Origin: Opitutaceae bacterium
GTDB lineage: Bacteria > Verrucomicrobiota > Verrucomicrobiia > Opitutales > Opitutaceae
Length of the DNA: 64,000 bases
Direction: 5' to 3'
NCBI GenBank assembly: GCA_018402455.1
Contig: JAGYIG010000001.1
Coordinates: 148,164-212,163 of the forward strand
Positions 37,427 to 48,096 of this stretch are shown here, in pieces. How positions within the stretch are numbered: position 1 is the first letter of the stretch; the number at the start of each line of letters is the position of its first letter. The translations under genes and the position numbers were made by a program. The notes under the pieces are model-generated. The model was given only the letters and a program-made list of their open reading frames with translations, did not search any database and was not told the DNA's origin.

Positions 37427-38332
37427 TTAGAGCTGTTCGTCGATGAGGTCGGCAAATGCCTCGATGTCCGTCGCCTCCATCGGACCTTGCCGTTGCAGCC
37501 ACTGGACGTAGGCGACGAGCAAATCGATTTCGGCGGGACGGAGAATTTCGGCGTAGCCCGGCATGGGAATCGCCTGCGCGTCGAAGTAGTTTTGCGCCAG
37601 ACCGCCCAGCAGCCCGGACTCGATGGCGCGCCCGCGCCCGTGCTCGATCCAATGGCGGATTTCCGCCGGGTCGCCCCCCGCCGTGAGCTTTAGAAAATCA
37701 TCGCCCTGAAAGCCGGGGATGTAGCCCTTGAACGACGCCGGATTGTCGATGCGGCCCTGACCCAATTCGCCGTGGCACTGGTAACAACCGACCTGGCGGG
37801 AAAGCCGATCACCCAGCAGGACGAGCTCGCCCTCCTCGAGCGCGGCGACCTCGTCCGCGGTGAGGTCGGGCATGTCCTCATCGATATTATCGTAACCCTG
37901 AAAGCCCTTGATGCCGACGGCCAAAGCCCACGCGGCGATGTCCTTGATCTCCGCGGCATTGAAGTGGCCGTCGTCCCCGTAGGCCGGCATCTGCATCAAC
38001 AAGTCTTGGTGCCGCGCGCGTTTGCTGTCGGGCACCCCGTGAGTGACCCACGTGATGATTGATTCGGCCGAGTGTTCCTCTTCCCAGATCGGGGCGATCC
38101 CGGTGGGTTGCCACCCGGAATCGCTCAACCGAAAGTTGGCCCGGGGGTCATCGATGCTGGAGCCGTGACAGGCGGCGCAGCCCGCGGCGGTGGCCAGCAC
38201 GGCTCCGCGCGAGACGGGGGAGGACTCCGGCTTGGTTTCCACGCGGTAAAACCAAGTTATTCCCACAATGAAGGCCGCGACGAAGCCAACGGCGACAGGA
38301 AGGGCAACACGAGATTTCACGAGGGAAGGCAC
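37427..38332 (-). CDS. Dihaem c-type cytochrome, membrane anchored
   Basis: N-terminal TM; CAACH and CYQCH; QMPAY and PMPGY Met-ligand motifs. Confidence 0.88.
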   Translation of the reverse strand: MPSLVKSRVALPVAVGFVAAFIVGITWFYRVETKPESSPVSRGAVLATAAGCAACHGSSIDDPRANFRLSDSGWQPTGIAPIWEEEHSAESIITWVTHGVPDSKRARHQDLLMQMPAYGDDGHFNAAEIKDIAAWALAVGIKGFQGYDNIDEDMPDLTADEVAALEEGELVLLGDRLSRQVGCYQCHGELGQGRIDNPASFKGYIPGFQGDDFLKLTAGGDPAEIRHWIEHGRGRAIESGLLGGLAQNYFDAQAIPMPGYAEILRPAEIDLLVAYVQWLQRQGPMEATDIEAFADLIDEQL

Positions 38333-38441
38333 GGCGGTCTACCCTGCGCGAAGCCTGCGTGAGGGTAAAGCCTGTCATGAAGGTTTCCTCGCGTCCAAGT
38401 CCCGGGCCCTTCGCGACAGCTACCATGGGGTGGTAAACGTT

Positions 38442-38777
38442 TCAACGATCGCGGAAGAACCGGAGTTCGGCCTCCAAGTGTTCGACCTTGCGCCAGAGCT
38501 CGCAGAGCAAACGGAGGGCGGCGGGGTGCAGCCTCATCCGTTGCCGAAAATGTTCGAAGCGGCGCAGTTCGTAGAGCTGGTCATCATCGAATGCGGGCTC
38601 GCGTGCCGGATCGGCCAGCGCCGGGCCGAATATTCCGAGCCGACAATAGTGCCGCAGTCGGGCGGGATGCATCCCCGCGATGCGGGCGGCTTCCTCCAGC
38701 GGGTGCACCGCCGGGGCCGCCTCTTCCCGACTGATTAAGATCAACGCATACCGAGAATTTGATGCCGTCTCTTTCAT
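38442..38777 (-). CDS. cbpM: CbpM/MerR-like chaperone modulator
   Basis: HTH-like [22 protein letters not shown]; overlaps the cbpA stop. Confidence 0.65.
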   Translation of the reverse strand: MKETASNSRYALILISREEAAPAVHPLEEAARIAGMHPARLRHYCRLGIFGPALADPAREPAFDDDQLYELRRFEHFRQRMRLHPAALRLLCELWRKVEHLEAELRFFRDR

Positions 38778-39712
38778 GCGTCTTTTCTCGGTTTGAAGGT
38801 GGAGAGCGTGGCGAGCTGTTGCCACAGTGCCTGTTCCTCGGCGGAGACCGGTCGGGGGGTGTGCACCCGCGTGGTTGCGTAGATATCGCCCCGGGTGCCG
38901 TCATCCCGGCGCAGTCCCAATCCCCGCAGACGCAATCGGCTGCCCGCTTCCGTGCCAGGGGGCACACGCAACGACATGAGCCCATCGAGGGTGGGGATCC
39001 GGGCCCGGATGCCCAACACCGCTTCCCACGGAGCGAGGTCCAAATCACAATGCAGGTCCGCTGCTTGCACCGTGAAATCCGGGTGCCGAGCCAGCCGCAC
39101 CCGCAGGTAGAGATCGCCGGGCGCGGCCCCGCCGTAACCCGGGCTGCCCTGGCCGGCCAGGCGGATGCGTTTGCCCTCCCGCACGCCCGCCGGGATTTTG
39201 ACTTGGTAGGTGTCGGTGCGCTCGGCGTGGCCGTCCATGCTCGGTCGTCGCAACGTGAGCTTGCGGGTCGCCCCGGTGAGGGCTTCGTTCAGCGTGACGA
39301 GGAGATCGGCCTCGACGTCCTGACCGGGATGGGTGAAGGCCCTCCCGTCCGCAAAGCCACGACCATCCGGGTCAGCCCGGGTCCGAAACTCGCCGCCACC
39401 ACCGGCGAAATACGATTCGAAGAAATCACTGAAGCCCGTCCCGCTGAACTCCACCTCGGGTTCGCGCGGAGGGGCCGCTTGGTGGCCGGGCTGCCATTGC
39501 GCCCCCAGTTCATCGTAGTGCTGCCGTTTGATCGGATCCGACAGCACCTCGTAGGCCTCGTTGAGCTCCTTGAATTTTGCTTCGCCAGCGACCTTGTCCT
39601 GCGCCACATCGGGATGGTGAATCCGGGCGAGCTTGCGGAACGCCAGTTTGAGGGCCGCCGGGGTGGCGGTGCGCGTTACTCCCAAGGCCTGATAGTAGTC
39701 TTGAAATTGCAC
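38774..39712 (-). CDS. cbpA: Curved-DNA-binding DnaJ homologue (class II, no Zn finger)
   Basis: [58 protein letters not shown]. Confidence 0.88.
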   Translation of the reverse strand: MQFQDYYQALGVTRTATPAALKLAFRKLARIHHPDVAQDKVAGEAKFKELNEAYEVLSDPIKRQHYDELGAQWQPGHQAAPPREPEVEFSGTGFSDFFESYFAGGGGEFRTRADPDGRGFADGRAFTHPGQDVEADLLVTLNEALTGATRKLTLRRPSMDGHAERTDTYQVKIPAGVREGKRIRLAGQGSPGYGGAAPGDLYLRVRLARHPDFTVQAADLHCDLDLAPWEAVLGIRARIPTLDGLMSLRVPPGTEAGSRLRLRGLGLRRDDGTRGDIYATTRVHTPRPVSAEEQALWQQLATLSTFKPRKDA

Positions 39713-39730
39713 CGGGGGGAGTCCGTGTTG

Positions 39731-41206
39731 TCAGACCATGGCGTCGAGGACCCGATCGAGGCAGACGGTGGCAAAGCGGGTGGCGTGATCGGACACGGCG
39801 TAGGGAATGATGAGTTCGCGGTTGTGCCGCAGCATGCCGCAGGAATAGACGACATTGGGCACGTAGCCCTCGCGCTCGTCTTCGCGCGGAGTGATCAAGG
39901 GTGACTCGAGCCGCCCGATCACCTTGGTCGGGTCGTCGCGATCGAGCAGGAAGGCGCCGATGGAATATTTGCGCATCGACCCGACGCCGTGGCTGAGCAC
40001 CAGCCATCCCCTTTCGGTTTCGATGGGGGAACCGCAGTTGCCGATTTGCACGAATTCCCACGGGTAGGTTGGCTTGAGAATCAGGGTGGCGGAGCGCCAG
40101 AAGTGAAGGTCCTCGGAAAACATTAGAAAGATGTTTTCGTTGTCCTGGCGGGAGATCATCGCGTAGCGGCCATCGATTTTGCGCGGGAACAACGCCATGC
40201 CCTTGTTCTTGATGGCGGCCCCGCCCAGCGTGATGAACTTGAAGTCGAGGAAGTCGGAGGTCTCTAGCAACTGCGGGTGGGTGGCGCGCCCGTCGTAGGC
40301 GGTGTAGGTGGCGAAGTAGGAACGCGTGTCGTCGTCGTGCTGGAACTGCACGAAGCGCGCGTCCTCGATGCCGTTGGTTTGGGTGGGGGAGCGCGGGAAG
40401 ATGACCCGCTCCGACATCTGGTAGTCCGCCGGGAAGCGGACCTGGTAGTTGGAGTGGGCGAGATTAAGGATGGCTTGGGAAGACGTGGCGGAACCGCTCA
40501 GCTCGCCGTTGATCAACTGATTTTGCACAAAGGCAATGGCCGCCTTGAGCTCGGCCAGCGTGAACGTCTCCTTCAACGCGGCCAGAGTGTGGCGGGTGAA
40601 TTCGCCGGCGAAACCCAGCTCGGCCAATTGGCGGGCGAACCGGGATTTGAGGTAGGGCGCGTCCCGCACCGGGTGCGGCTCCGTGACAAAGCTGCTGGGC
40701 GTGTTCATCACGATGACGTTGTCCGCATCGACCACTCCGGTCCGGAAGGTGATGGAGGAGATGTGCCCCTCACCGGTGGCGCGCAGGCTGAGTACGAAGC
40801 GGGTCGATCCGGCCGGGAGCTCCGACTGGTTGGGGTGGGCCACGATGGACGGATTAAAAAGCGCGGCAGCCTCCAGCGAGTATTCGTGCGTGAAATACGA
40901 ACCGATGGTGAGTTTGCGGGCCTCACTGAGTTCGCGGTCGGTCAACAGGTGGGGCCGCATGAACTCGAAGCGTTCCATAAAGATCTCCTTGGTCTTCTGG
41001 TGGCGGTTGGCGAACTCGGCCAGCACCTGCGCCAACAGGTGTTCGATTTCGGTCTCCGACAGGGCGAGCAGTCGGGCAATGATTTTCAGAATCCGTTGCT
41101 CGGTGGCCGGTGCGAAGGGCCGGATGAGCACGCGCCGGTGATCGGGATTGATGAAGATATCGGTGCGGTTAACGACCGGGCAGAGCGGCAGGGGGGACGG
41201 TTTCAT
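39731..41206 (-). CDS. Glycoside hydrolase family 130 protein with long N-terminal extension
   Basis: ALFNPS, SLRATGEGHISS, GIEDARF, YFATYTAYDG, NKGMALFP, GNCGSPIET, GYVPNVVYSCG. Confidence 0.85.
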   Translation of the reverse strand: MKPSPLPLCPVVNRTDIFINPDHRRVLIRPFAPATEQRILKIIARLLALSETEIEHLLAQVLAEFANRHQKTKEIFMERFEFMRPHLLTDRELSEARKLTIGSYFTHEYSLEAAALFNPSIVAHPNQSELPAGSTRFVLSLRATGEGHISSITFRTGVVDADNVIVMNTPSSFVTEPHPVRDAPYLKSRFARQLAELGFAGEFTRHTLAALKETFTLAELKAAIAFVQNQLINGELSGSATSSQAILNLAHSNYQVRFPADYQMSERVIFPRSPTQTNGIEDARFVQFQHDDDTRSYFATYTAYDGRATHPQLLETSDFLDFKFITLGGAAIKNKGMALFPRKIDGRYAMISRQDNENIFLMFSEDLHFWRSATLILKPTYPWEFVQIGNCGSPIETERGWLVLSHGVGSMRKYSIGAFLLDRDDPTKVIGRLESPLITPREDEREGYVPNVVYSCGMLRHNRELIIPYAVSDHATRFATVCLDRVLDAMV

Positions 41207-43541
41207 AAAGGGTGACCTCCGGGCTCGCGGGCTGGTCGGCGAACGCGGCCAGCTCGTTGTGCATGATCTGGAGTTCGGCGCGGGCCAGCTGGAACGCCAG
41301 GGTGGATTCAGCCCCTTGGTTTTCGTTCACTCGGTCGGCGTGCAAGGCGTCCCGGCAGCCGCCGCTCTTGGTATCGTAGAGCATCAGCGCGAGATCGTTG
41401 CGGCCGATAAACCATTCGAACACGACATGGGCACGATCGAGCCAGACCGAGTCGGCGGTGGTGCGGAAGGCTTCCAGACAGGCCGACACGGTGGCCTGCA
41501 CTTCGACCGGTTGTTGATCGAAGAAGGCGCGGGTGCCGTTGCGATGGCAGAAGCCGTCCGACCCGATGGGTTGGAAGATGCCCTCGGGCGAGGTCTGGAT
41601 CTCGATCAGCCAGCTTAACGCCCGCAGACCGGTCTCCGTCACCTCCGGCTGTTGGTTGGCGTGGCCGCATTGGATCAGGGCGTGAGGCAGCCGGGCGTTG
41701 TCGTAGGTGGCGTCATCGGCCAGCCATTGCCAATCGTCCCGGGCGTGGTCGGCGAAGCGTGCCATCAGCCGGTCCGCCAGCAGGGTTCGGATCCGCTGGG
41801 CTTCAGCGTCATCGGAGCGATGACGCAGGTAATCGTGGATGCCCAGCAAGGTGAAGGCCCAGGTGCGGGGGTGGCCCAAGTCAACGGCCGCCGGCAACGC
41901 AGCGGCGAACAGCTGATTGGTGAGCAAGCGGCAGCCGCGATCGCGGGAGCGGCCGCTGCACACCCCGAGGGCCCACAAGGCCCGCCCGTGGGAGTCTTCC
42001 GAGCCCTGGGTTTCGAGCCAGCGCCGGTCGTAGCTCATGAAGTTGCGGAACCGGCCGGTGGCGGGGTTGAACGCGTAGGCGAGGAAAGCGGTGTAGGTGG
42101 TGGTGAGGGCGGCGATCGCGGGCAGCGTCTCGCCCAGTTGCGTCCAGTGCAGCATCAGCATGAGGGCCCGGGCATTGTCGTCGGTGCAGTAACCGTGGTT
42201 GTAGTTAGGAAGTGAATACAACGCGTGCTGAAGCATCCCGGTGGAGTCGCTCATCCGTAGCACGTGGTCCGGATTGAATTTGGGCAGGTGCATCGGGGCC
42301 TCGGCGAGGGTGCGCACCAGCAGCGACCGCCGTTGGGTATCGGCATACACGGCGTGCGCGGTGGCGAAGCTCTGTCGATAGTGGATAGCGGAGCGGCTCC
42401 ACACCATGTCACGGCCGGCGCGGTAGGCCTGCTGGCGCAGGGCGAGGCGGCGGGGTTCGTCGCGCAGCAGGTCGCACACCTCCCGGGCAATCGCCTCGTG
42501 GTCGCCAAAGGGCACCAACACCCCCTGGCCGTCGGCGAGGAGTTCAAGGGCGTGCCAGTAGGGCGTGGAGATCACCGCCTTACCGGCGCCAAACGCGTAG
42601 GCGAGCGAGCCGGAGACGATCTGTTGCTCGTTTTGGTAGGGGGTGATGTAGACGTCGGCGGCGCCGATGAAGTCCTGCAGTTCGGGCAGGTCGACGTAGC
42701 GGTTGTAGAAGATGACGTTCGGCTCGACGCCGTTGGTTTTGGCCAGGCGCTCCAGCCCGAGGCGGTAGGCCTCGCCGTGTTCGCGCACCAGGTTCGGGTG
42801 GGTCGCCCCCAGGATGAGGTAGACCGCCTGCGGAAACTCGGCGATGATCCGAGGCAGGGCGTTGAGCACCTGCTCGATGCCTTTGTTGGGGGAGAGCAAT
42901 CCGAAGGTGAGCAACACCGGACGATCGTCCACCGCAAACAGGGTTTTGAAGCGATCGGGCTCCTCGAAGGGCCCGTCGTGGATCCCATGCGCGATGATGT
43001 CGATTTGATCGGCGGGCGCGTGATAGACCTCGCGTAAAAACTGGTGGGCTCGCTGGGTCATGACCACCAGCCGGGCGGAGACCTTGATCAGGGCGGCCAT
43101 CACCCGCCGCTGCTCGGGATCGGGTTCCGCCAGAACGGTGTGCAGGGTGGTGACCACCGGCATTTTCAGGGTGCGCACCAGGGCCAGAATGTGGCCGCCG
43201 GCGCTGCCGCCGAAGATCCCGAATTCATGCTGCAGGCACACCACGTCGAACTTCGATTGGTTGAGCAGTTCGGCCGCGCGTTCGTAGCTGGAAATGTCTT
43301 GCTCGTTGATTTCGAAGATGACCTCCGGGGGGTAGGTGTGGCTGGCCACGCCGTCGTCCACGGCGATGACTTTGCCTCCGGTGACACCGCCGGAGGCAAC
43401 CACGGACCGACGCAGGTCCTCCGTAAACGTCGCGATGCCGCACTGGCGGGGCGGATAGCTGCCGATGAAGGCGACTTTGAGGGCGTTCTGCGGGTGGCGC
43501 GGACGTGAGGGCGGAGCGGTCAGGGAGGAGGAAGTTAACAT
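41169..43541 (-). CDS. GT4 glycosyltransferase fused to a C-terminal six-hairpin-glycosidase-like domain
   Basis: YPPRQCGIATF, LQHEFGIFGG, TTLHT, FGLLSPNKG, SGSLAYA; C-terminal GMLQHA, YCTDDNARA, EDSHGRALWALG, YDNARL, NQGAEST. Confidence 0.85.
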   Translation of the reverse strand: MLTSSSLTAPPSRPRHPQNALKVAFIGSYPPRQCGIATFTEDLRRSVVASGGVTGGKVIAVDDGVASHTYPPEVIFEINEQDISSYERAAELLNQSKFDVVCLQHEFGIFGGSAGGHILALVRTLKMPVVTTLHTVLAEPDPEQRRVMAALIKVSARLVVMTQRAHQFLREVYHAPADQIDIIAHGIHDGPFEEPDRFKTLFAVDDRPVLLTFGLLSPNKGIEQVLNALPRIIAEFPQAVYLILGATHPNLVREHGEAYRLGLERLAKTNGVEPNVIFYNRYVDLPELQDFIGAADVYITPYQNEQQIVSGSLAYAFGAGKAVISTPYWHALELLADGQGVLVPFGDHEAIAREVCDLLRDEPRRLALRQQAYRAGRDMVWSRSAIHYRQSFATAHAVYADTQRRSLLVRTLAEAPMHLPKFNPDHVLRMSDSTGMLQHALYSLPNYNHGYCTDDNARALMLMLHWTQLGETLPAIAALTTTYTAFLAYAFNPATGRFRNFMSYDRRWLETQGSEDSHGRALWALGVCSGRSRDRGCRLLTNQLFAAALPAAVDLGHPRTWAFTLLGIHDYLRHRSDDAEAQRIRTLLADRLMARFADHARDDWQWLADDATYDNARLPHALIQCGHANQQPEVTETGLRALSWLIEIQTSPEGIFQPIGSDGFCHRNGTRAFFDQQPVEVQATVSACLEAFRTTADSVWLDRAHVVFEWFIGRNDLALMLYDTKSGGCRDALHADRVNENQGAESTLAFQLARAELQIMHNELAAFADQPASPEVTLYETVPPAALPGR

Positions 43542-43609
43542 CAGGAGAGGCCCCCCGCGGTGCGAGCGGAGGCGTTGCGGATCTTGCGCGTGTTAAGGCC
43601 TGAATCGCC

Positions 43610-43680
43610 ATGGGGTGATACCCTACTTGCAGCGCGGGGCGTGACGTTTGGCTGCAGCGAGGGGTAGGGATAGACCCCAT
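43610..43680. promoter_or_regulatory. Pair of inverted 17-bp candidate operator sites in the GT4/dodecin divergent promoter
   Basis: ATGGGGTGATACCCTAC (+, 43610-43626) and ATGGGGTCTATCCCTAC (-, 43664-43680). Confidence 0.5.
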
Positions 43681-43777
43681 GGGCAGGGCGCGGACGTAGG
43701 TCCACCCTCGTTGCTGCCGCCCTCACTGAAGAGACCAACGCGGGTCGTCCCTCCGGTGGTTAATCCCTGCTTATTTT

Positions 43778-44002
43778 ATGAAAGACCTCACTGTTTACAA
43801 AACCATCGAAATCACCGGCACCTCCGCCTCTTCCATTGAAGAGGCGCTGAATCAGGGCATTAAGCGCGCCAATCGAAGTGTCAAAAACATGAGTTGGTTT
43901 CAACTGATCGAAACGCGCGGCAACATCGTCAAGGGCAAGGTGCACCACTGGCAGGTAACGATGAAAATCGGCTTCGCCTTGGTCGATGCGGACGAGAAAT
44001 GA
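43778..44002 (+). CDS. Dodecin (flavin-binding)
   Basis: VYKTIEITGTS..SIEEA, WFQLIETRG, WQVTMKIGF. Confidence 0.93.
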   Translation: MKDLTVYKTIEITGTSASSIEEALNQGIKRANRSVKNMSWFQLIETRGNIVKGKVHHWQVTMKIGFALVDADEK

Positions 44003-44113
44003 TTCGACCCGCCTAAGGCCCGCCCTTTCCGAGCAGGACGGGTCGCCCGGCGGTGTCAATGAACCCTCGGCGCCTTCGTCTTCGGGGTCGATGTCAGCCC
44101 AAAACTCAAGGTC

Positions 44114-44605
44114 GTGATGAAACGTAGCCTGATCAATCTAACCGTCGATCTGATCGCGGCCGTCAGCTTGGGGTTGATGGTCGTCACCGGATATATTTTG
44201 CGGTTCCCGTTGCCGCCGGCCACCAACCGCAGTGCGGCGTTGTGGGGCATGTCGCGGCATGAGTGGGGCACCGTTCACGCGTGGGCGGGCGCCGGCTTAT
44301 TGGGGGTGCTCGGGCTCCACGTCATCCTCCACTGGGATTGGATATTTGCCACCATCCGTCGCCGGTTTACCGGCACCCCGGCCGCCCCCACGGCGCGGCG
44401 GCGAGCCGGGGTGATCGCGATCGTGGTGGCTCTGGTGGTCGGCGGGCTGTTCGCCTGGGTGGCTCAAAGCAGCGTGCGGGAGCGGGAAAGTGCCCCCCGG
44501 CATTCGCCCCGCGGTCTGGGGCCATCCCGTGAGCCAGACGTCGGCCAGACGGCAACTCCCGATGGAGTGAAGAACCCATATCCCGAGACCTACCCCAAAC
44601 CTTAG
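44114..44605 (+). CDS. DUF4405-like (cytochrome b-like) membrane protein
   Basis: TGYIL..WGMSRHEWGTVHAWAG..LHVILHWDW. Confidence 0.8.
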   Translation: MMKRSLINLTVDLIAAVSLGLMVVTGYILRFPLPPATNRSAALWGMSRHEWGTVHAWAGAGLLGVLGLHVILHWDWIFATIRRRFTGTPAAPTARRRAGVIAIVVALVVGGLFAWVAQSSVRERESAPRHSPRGLGPSREPDVGQTATPDGVKNPYPETYPKP

Positions 44606-44609
44606 GGTG

Positions 44610-44684
<75 letters not shown>

Positions 44685-44700
44685 TGAACAAACTCCCCCG

Positions 44701-45072
44701 ATGCCGATCACATGCTTGGAAGAAAATAGCGGTGAGCTGCTGGCGATCTACGTTTCGGGGAAACTGACGGTGGAGGACTACGAGCAGTTGGGGCCGCAAT
44801 TTGAGCGACTCGTGAGCGAACATGGGACCCTGCGCGTGCTGTTTGACATGACTGATTTTCACGGCTGGACGGCCAGCGCGCTCTGGTCGGACACCAAATT
44901 TGCCCTGCATCATTTTAAGGACATCGAGCGGCTCGCGATGGTGGGGGACAAGAGGTGGCAGGAGGGGGTGGCCGTGTTTTGTCGGCCCTTCACCCGGGCG
45001 AAAGTACGTTACTTTGACCATGCCGATGGGGTCGATGGCCGCCGTTGGCTGAAGGATTCCTGCGCCGATTGA
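44701..45072 (+). CDS. SpoIIAA-like (STAS/SEC14) protein
   Basis: SGKLTVEDY, LRVLFDMTDFHGW, ALWSD.KF, IERLAMVGDKRWQ, VRYF. Confidence 0.88.
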   Translation: MPITCLEENSGELLAIYVSGKLTVEDYEQLGPQFERLVSEHGTLRVLFDMTDFHGWTASALWSDTKFALHHFKDIERLAMVGDKRWQEGVAVFCRPFTRAKVRYFDHADGVDGRRWLKDSCAD

Positions 45073-45164
45073 TTCGTCATGAAGAGCCGATCGCTAATCT
45101 GCCCCCCGGAGGGCCCCGGCGGGCGGGGACGGCGGGCCCCGGCTCGATGTCCCCCCGCGGCGTT

Positions 45165-46154
45165 ATGAGTGGGGGAGCCGCTCTCCAGTCACCGAGAGAG
45201 GCCGTGCTGCCGGTGCCGGCCACGACCAACGATGCCAGGGTTCTGAAATGCCTGCAGCAATCGAAGTTGTTTGCCGACTATCGGGAAGCGTTTGAATCCG
45301 TCACGGGGTTTCCCCTCGTGCTGCGCGCGGCCGGATCCTTTCAGGTACCGTTGGCCGGCTCGGAGCGCGCGAATCGGTTTTGCACCCTGATGACGCAGGC
45401 CAACAAAACCTGTTCGGCCTGCCTGCAATTTCAACAGCGCACGGAGGACGCGGCCACCGTCCGGCCGCAAACCCTGACCTGCGCGGCGGGGCTCAGCGAG
45501 ACGCTGGTGCCCGTGCGGGTGGGGCAGCGGGTTTTAGGCTACTTGCAAACGGGACAAGTGTTTCTCACCCGACCCGCGAAGAACCGGCTGGACCGGTTCT
45601 TGAACACCCATGCCGAGGGGGTCACGGACGCGGCAGGTGCGGAGATCCGGGTCGCGTATTTTCACACCCGATCCGTCAAACCCGTCCACTATGAGGCGGT
45701 CGTGCGCCTGCTGGAGATTTTTGCCGAGCATCTGGGAAGCGTCAGCAATCAGTTGTTCACCAGCCGGAGCAGCCGGGAAGCTCCGCTCGTGACCAGAGTT
45801 CGCGCTTTCATTGCCGAGCACCAGGAGGAGGTTCTCCACCTCATTGACGTGGCGCGGGCCGTGAGCATGAGCCCGTGCTATTTTTGCAAGCGGTTCAAAC
45901 GGGAGACCGGGCTCACCTTTACCGAGTATTTGGCGCGGGCACGCATCGAGGCGGTGAAACGCCTGCTGCAAAACGAGCACGTTCGGGTGAGCGAGGCGGC
46001 CTTTGCCGCCGGCTTCCAATCGCTCTCCCAGTTTAACCGCGTGTTTCGGAAAGTGGCCGGAGAGTCCCCGACTGCCTTCCGGGCGCGATTGCCCCGCTGG
46101 GCACCTCGCCCAATGCGTTCCACCCCGACCCGACGCCGGGTTACGGGGGGGTAA
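45165..46154 (+). CDS. AraC-family regulator with PocR-type ligand-binding domain
   Basis: AFESVTGFPL, NRFC..C..C, CAAGLSETLVPV; C-terminal YFCKRFKRETG, VSEAAFAAGFQSLSQFNRVFRK. Confidence 0.9.
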   Translation: MSGGAALQSPREAVLPVPATTNDARVLKCLQQSKLFADYREAFESVTGFPLVLRAAGSFQVPLAGSERANRFCTLMTQANKTCSACLQFQQRTEDAATVRPQTLTCAAGLSETLVPVRVGQRVLGYLQTGQVFLTRPAKNRLDRFLNTHAEGVTDAAGAEIRVAYFHTRSVKPVHYEAVVRLLEIFAEHLGSVSNQLFTSRSSREAPLVTRVRAFIAEHQEEVLHLIDVARAVSMSPCYFCKRFKRETGLTFTEYLARARIEAVKRLLQNEHVRVSEAAFAAGFQSLSQFNRVFRKVAGESPTAFRARLPRWAPRPMRSTPTRRRVTGG

Positions 46155-46405
46155 CGTCACCAAGGAAATAAGATACCACGGGGTGGTCAGGTGAATGAAA
46201 GGTTCCAACCTGGCCACCCGTTAGGAAGGAATCCAACGCTCCGAACCGCAGCCCGTCGAAAAGGGTTCTCCAAGGCATCAAATCCACGGAAGCCAAGCCG
46301 TAACGGCAGAAGCTGGGAAGCGATGTGCATACGGTGGTGGCGCCGTTCGCTGGCACCTCAGCGTGGCTCGTCCGGAGCGTCCCGGTGCCGGTCCCCCAGA
46401 CAGCG

Positions 46406-46422
46406 GCAGGGGAAGACCCCAT
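46406..46422 (-). promoter_or_regulatory. Candidate operator upstream of the PRC-barrel gene
   Basis: ATGGGGTCTTCCCCTGC on the minus strand, similar to the 43664-43680 site. Confidence 0.45.
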
Positions 46423-46556
46423 AGCAAGCGGGAGTCCCCGGGTGCATGATGGCTTTCGACCCGAAGTCACGCCGCGTCACGCCGCGGAAAATCCAGCCAA
46501 CAGCCGGTTACCCCGATGTCACCGGCCCGCCCAAGAATCCGACCGTCCTCAATCTC

Positions 46557-47285
46557 ATGCTCCAAAACATAAAATCCCTCGAGGGCCTCAAGCTCTCCGC
46601 TCAAGATGGTGAAATCGGTCACGTCGCCGACTTTTATTTCGACGACACATCCTGGGCCATTCGCTACCTCGTCGCCAACACAGGCCCCTGGCTCACGGGT
46701 CGCATGGTCTTAATCTCTCCTCATTCGCTCGGGCGCCCGCTGGCCGACGATAAAAAATTCCAAGTCAACCTCAGCCGGCAGCAGATCGAGGACAGCCCGT
46801 CAATCTCCGCCGACATGCCGGTTTCCCGTCAATACGAATTCGATTACTACCGTTATTACGGTTGGCCGGTTTATTGGTATGGCAACGGGGGGTTATGGGG
46901 GACGAGCACGTCGCCGGCGATGCTCCCCTTTTCCCCACAAGAGCGCGAAGCCGCGCAATCCCGCGGGGATAGCGAAGCCGATCACCTGCGCAGCACCAAA
47001 GCCGTTACCGGCTACGCGCTGCAGGCAACCGATGGAGAAATCGGTTCGATCAGCGGTTTCCTGGTGGACGACGAAAGTTGGCACGTGGGCAAGCTCATCG
47101 CTGACACCGGACACTGGTATAACGGCAATGACATCCTCATCCCGACCGCCAAGATCGAGCGCATCAGCTACGAAGAGTCGAAGGTGTATGTGAGTCTCAG
47201 TCTGGCCGATTTGAAAGCTACTGGGGAAAACGAAGTCGCCACCGCGGGGCCGCATCCCTCGGCCGTCGCCGAGGACGGAAGCTAA
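46557..47285 (+). CDS. Tandem PRC-barrel domain protein
   Basis: AQDGEIGHVADFYFDDTSWAIRYLV; YYRYYGWPVYW; HLRS; ATDGEIGSISGFLVDDESW. Confidence 0.88.
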   Translation: MLQNIKSLEGLKLSAQDGEIGHVADFYFDDTSWAIRYLVANTGPWLTGRMVLISPHSLGRPLADDKKFQVNLSRQQIEDSPSISADMPVSRQYEFDYYRYYGWPVYWYGNGGLWGTSTSPAMLPFSPQEREAAQSRGDSEADHLRSTKAVTGYALQATDGEIGSISGFLVDDESWHVGKLIADTGHWYNGNDILIPTAKIERISYEESKVYVSLSLADLKATGENEVATAGPHPSAVAEDGS

Positions 47286-47325
47286 CCGGACCCCCTTGGT
47301 GGGAGCGGGGTGGAGACGCTGCTCA

Positions 47326-47390
47326 GGTTGACCCCGAAAGACACGAAGCCGTCAGCCTGGAGCGGCGGTTTCGGCGAAACCGCCCTACCT
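47326..47390 (-). repeat. GTAG-type REP (family A) joined to a TTCGTG-type motif
   Basis: Reverse strand GTAG-GGCGGTTTC-GCC-GAAACCGCC..GCTGACGGCTTCGTGTCTTTCGGGGTCAACC. Confidence 0.85.
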
Positions 47391-48096
47391 TGGGGTGGGT
47401 AGGGTCGTTGCTTGACGACGACCGACGACTGCCTCTTTGCCGCAGTCCTGATTCAGTCCGCGCTTCGGGCTCGCGGCTGTCAAATTGGGCAAGATCGTGC
47501 TCACCACCGGAAAACTCATGATGGCCAATCCTGCTCTTCTCTCTCGCTCAACCCTCCTGCGCGCTGCGGCAGGGGGACTCCTGTTGGCCGTTGCCACCCT
47601 CCTGTTTGGTCAGGGCATGGGCGTCGTTTTGGCCTCAATGAAGACACCATCAAATCACGATTGAGGCCGATGCCAGCGCGGTCATGGCGACGGTCTACGA
47701 AGGTGACGAGATCGCGGTCGGGCGGTCGGCTAAATCCTGGACCTACATGAAGCGGGCGCATCGGCACGCGGAGGGATGGGCACCACGGCCGTTGCCCTGA
47801 TCACCAAGCAGCCTCGTCGGCGCGTCACCTCGGTCCACCTTGGTCATCAGCTTAGTGCTGGGGTGCTGGAGGCTTGGGCTATCTGATTTCTCTCTGGATG
47901 TGGGCCGGACTTCGAGCGCCGGCCATGGGCGGCACCGGTGCCGCCAAGGAGTCCTCGCTTGGCTGGCTTCATGCCTTCTTCCGGGGATTTGTCCTCGCGA
48001 CGATTGCCGTCTTTATCCGGTCCTGTGGGGGGCATCGCGGGCCGGAGCTGCGGAGCAGTGGGCGGGAATGACCAGCAGTGGGCAAGGTGACTGGAT

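Noticed and set aside
47400-48090. Short ORFs between the PRC-barrel gene and the REP mosaic
   Set aside because: Several overlapping 60-110-aa frames with no motifs or clear signal; cannot tell which, if any, is real.
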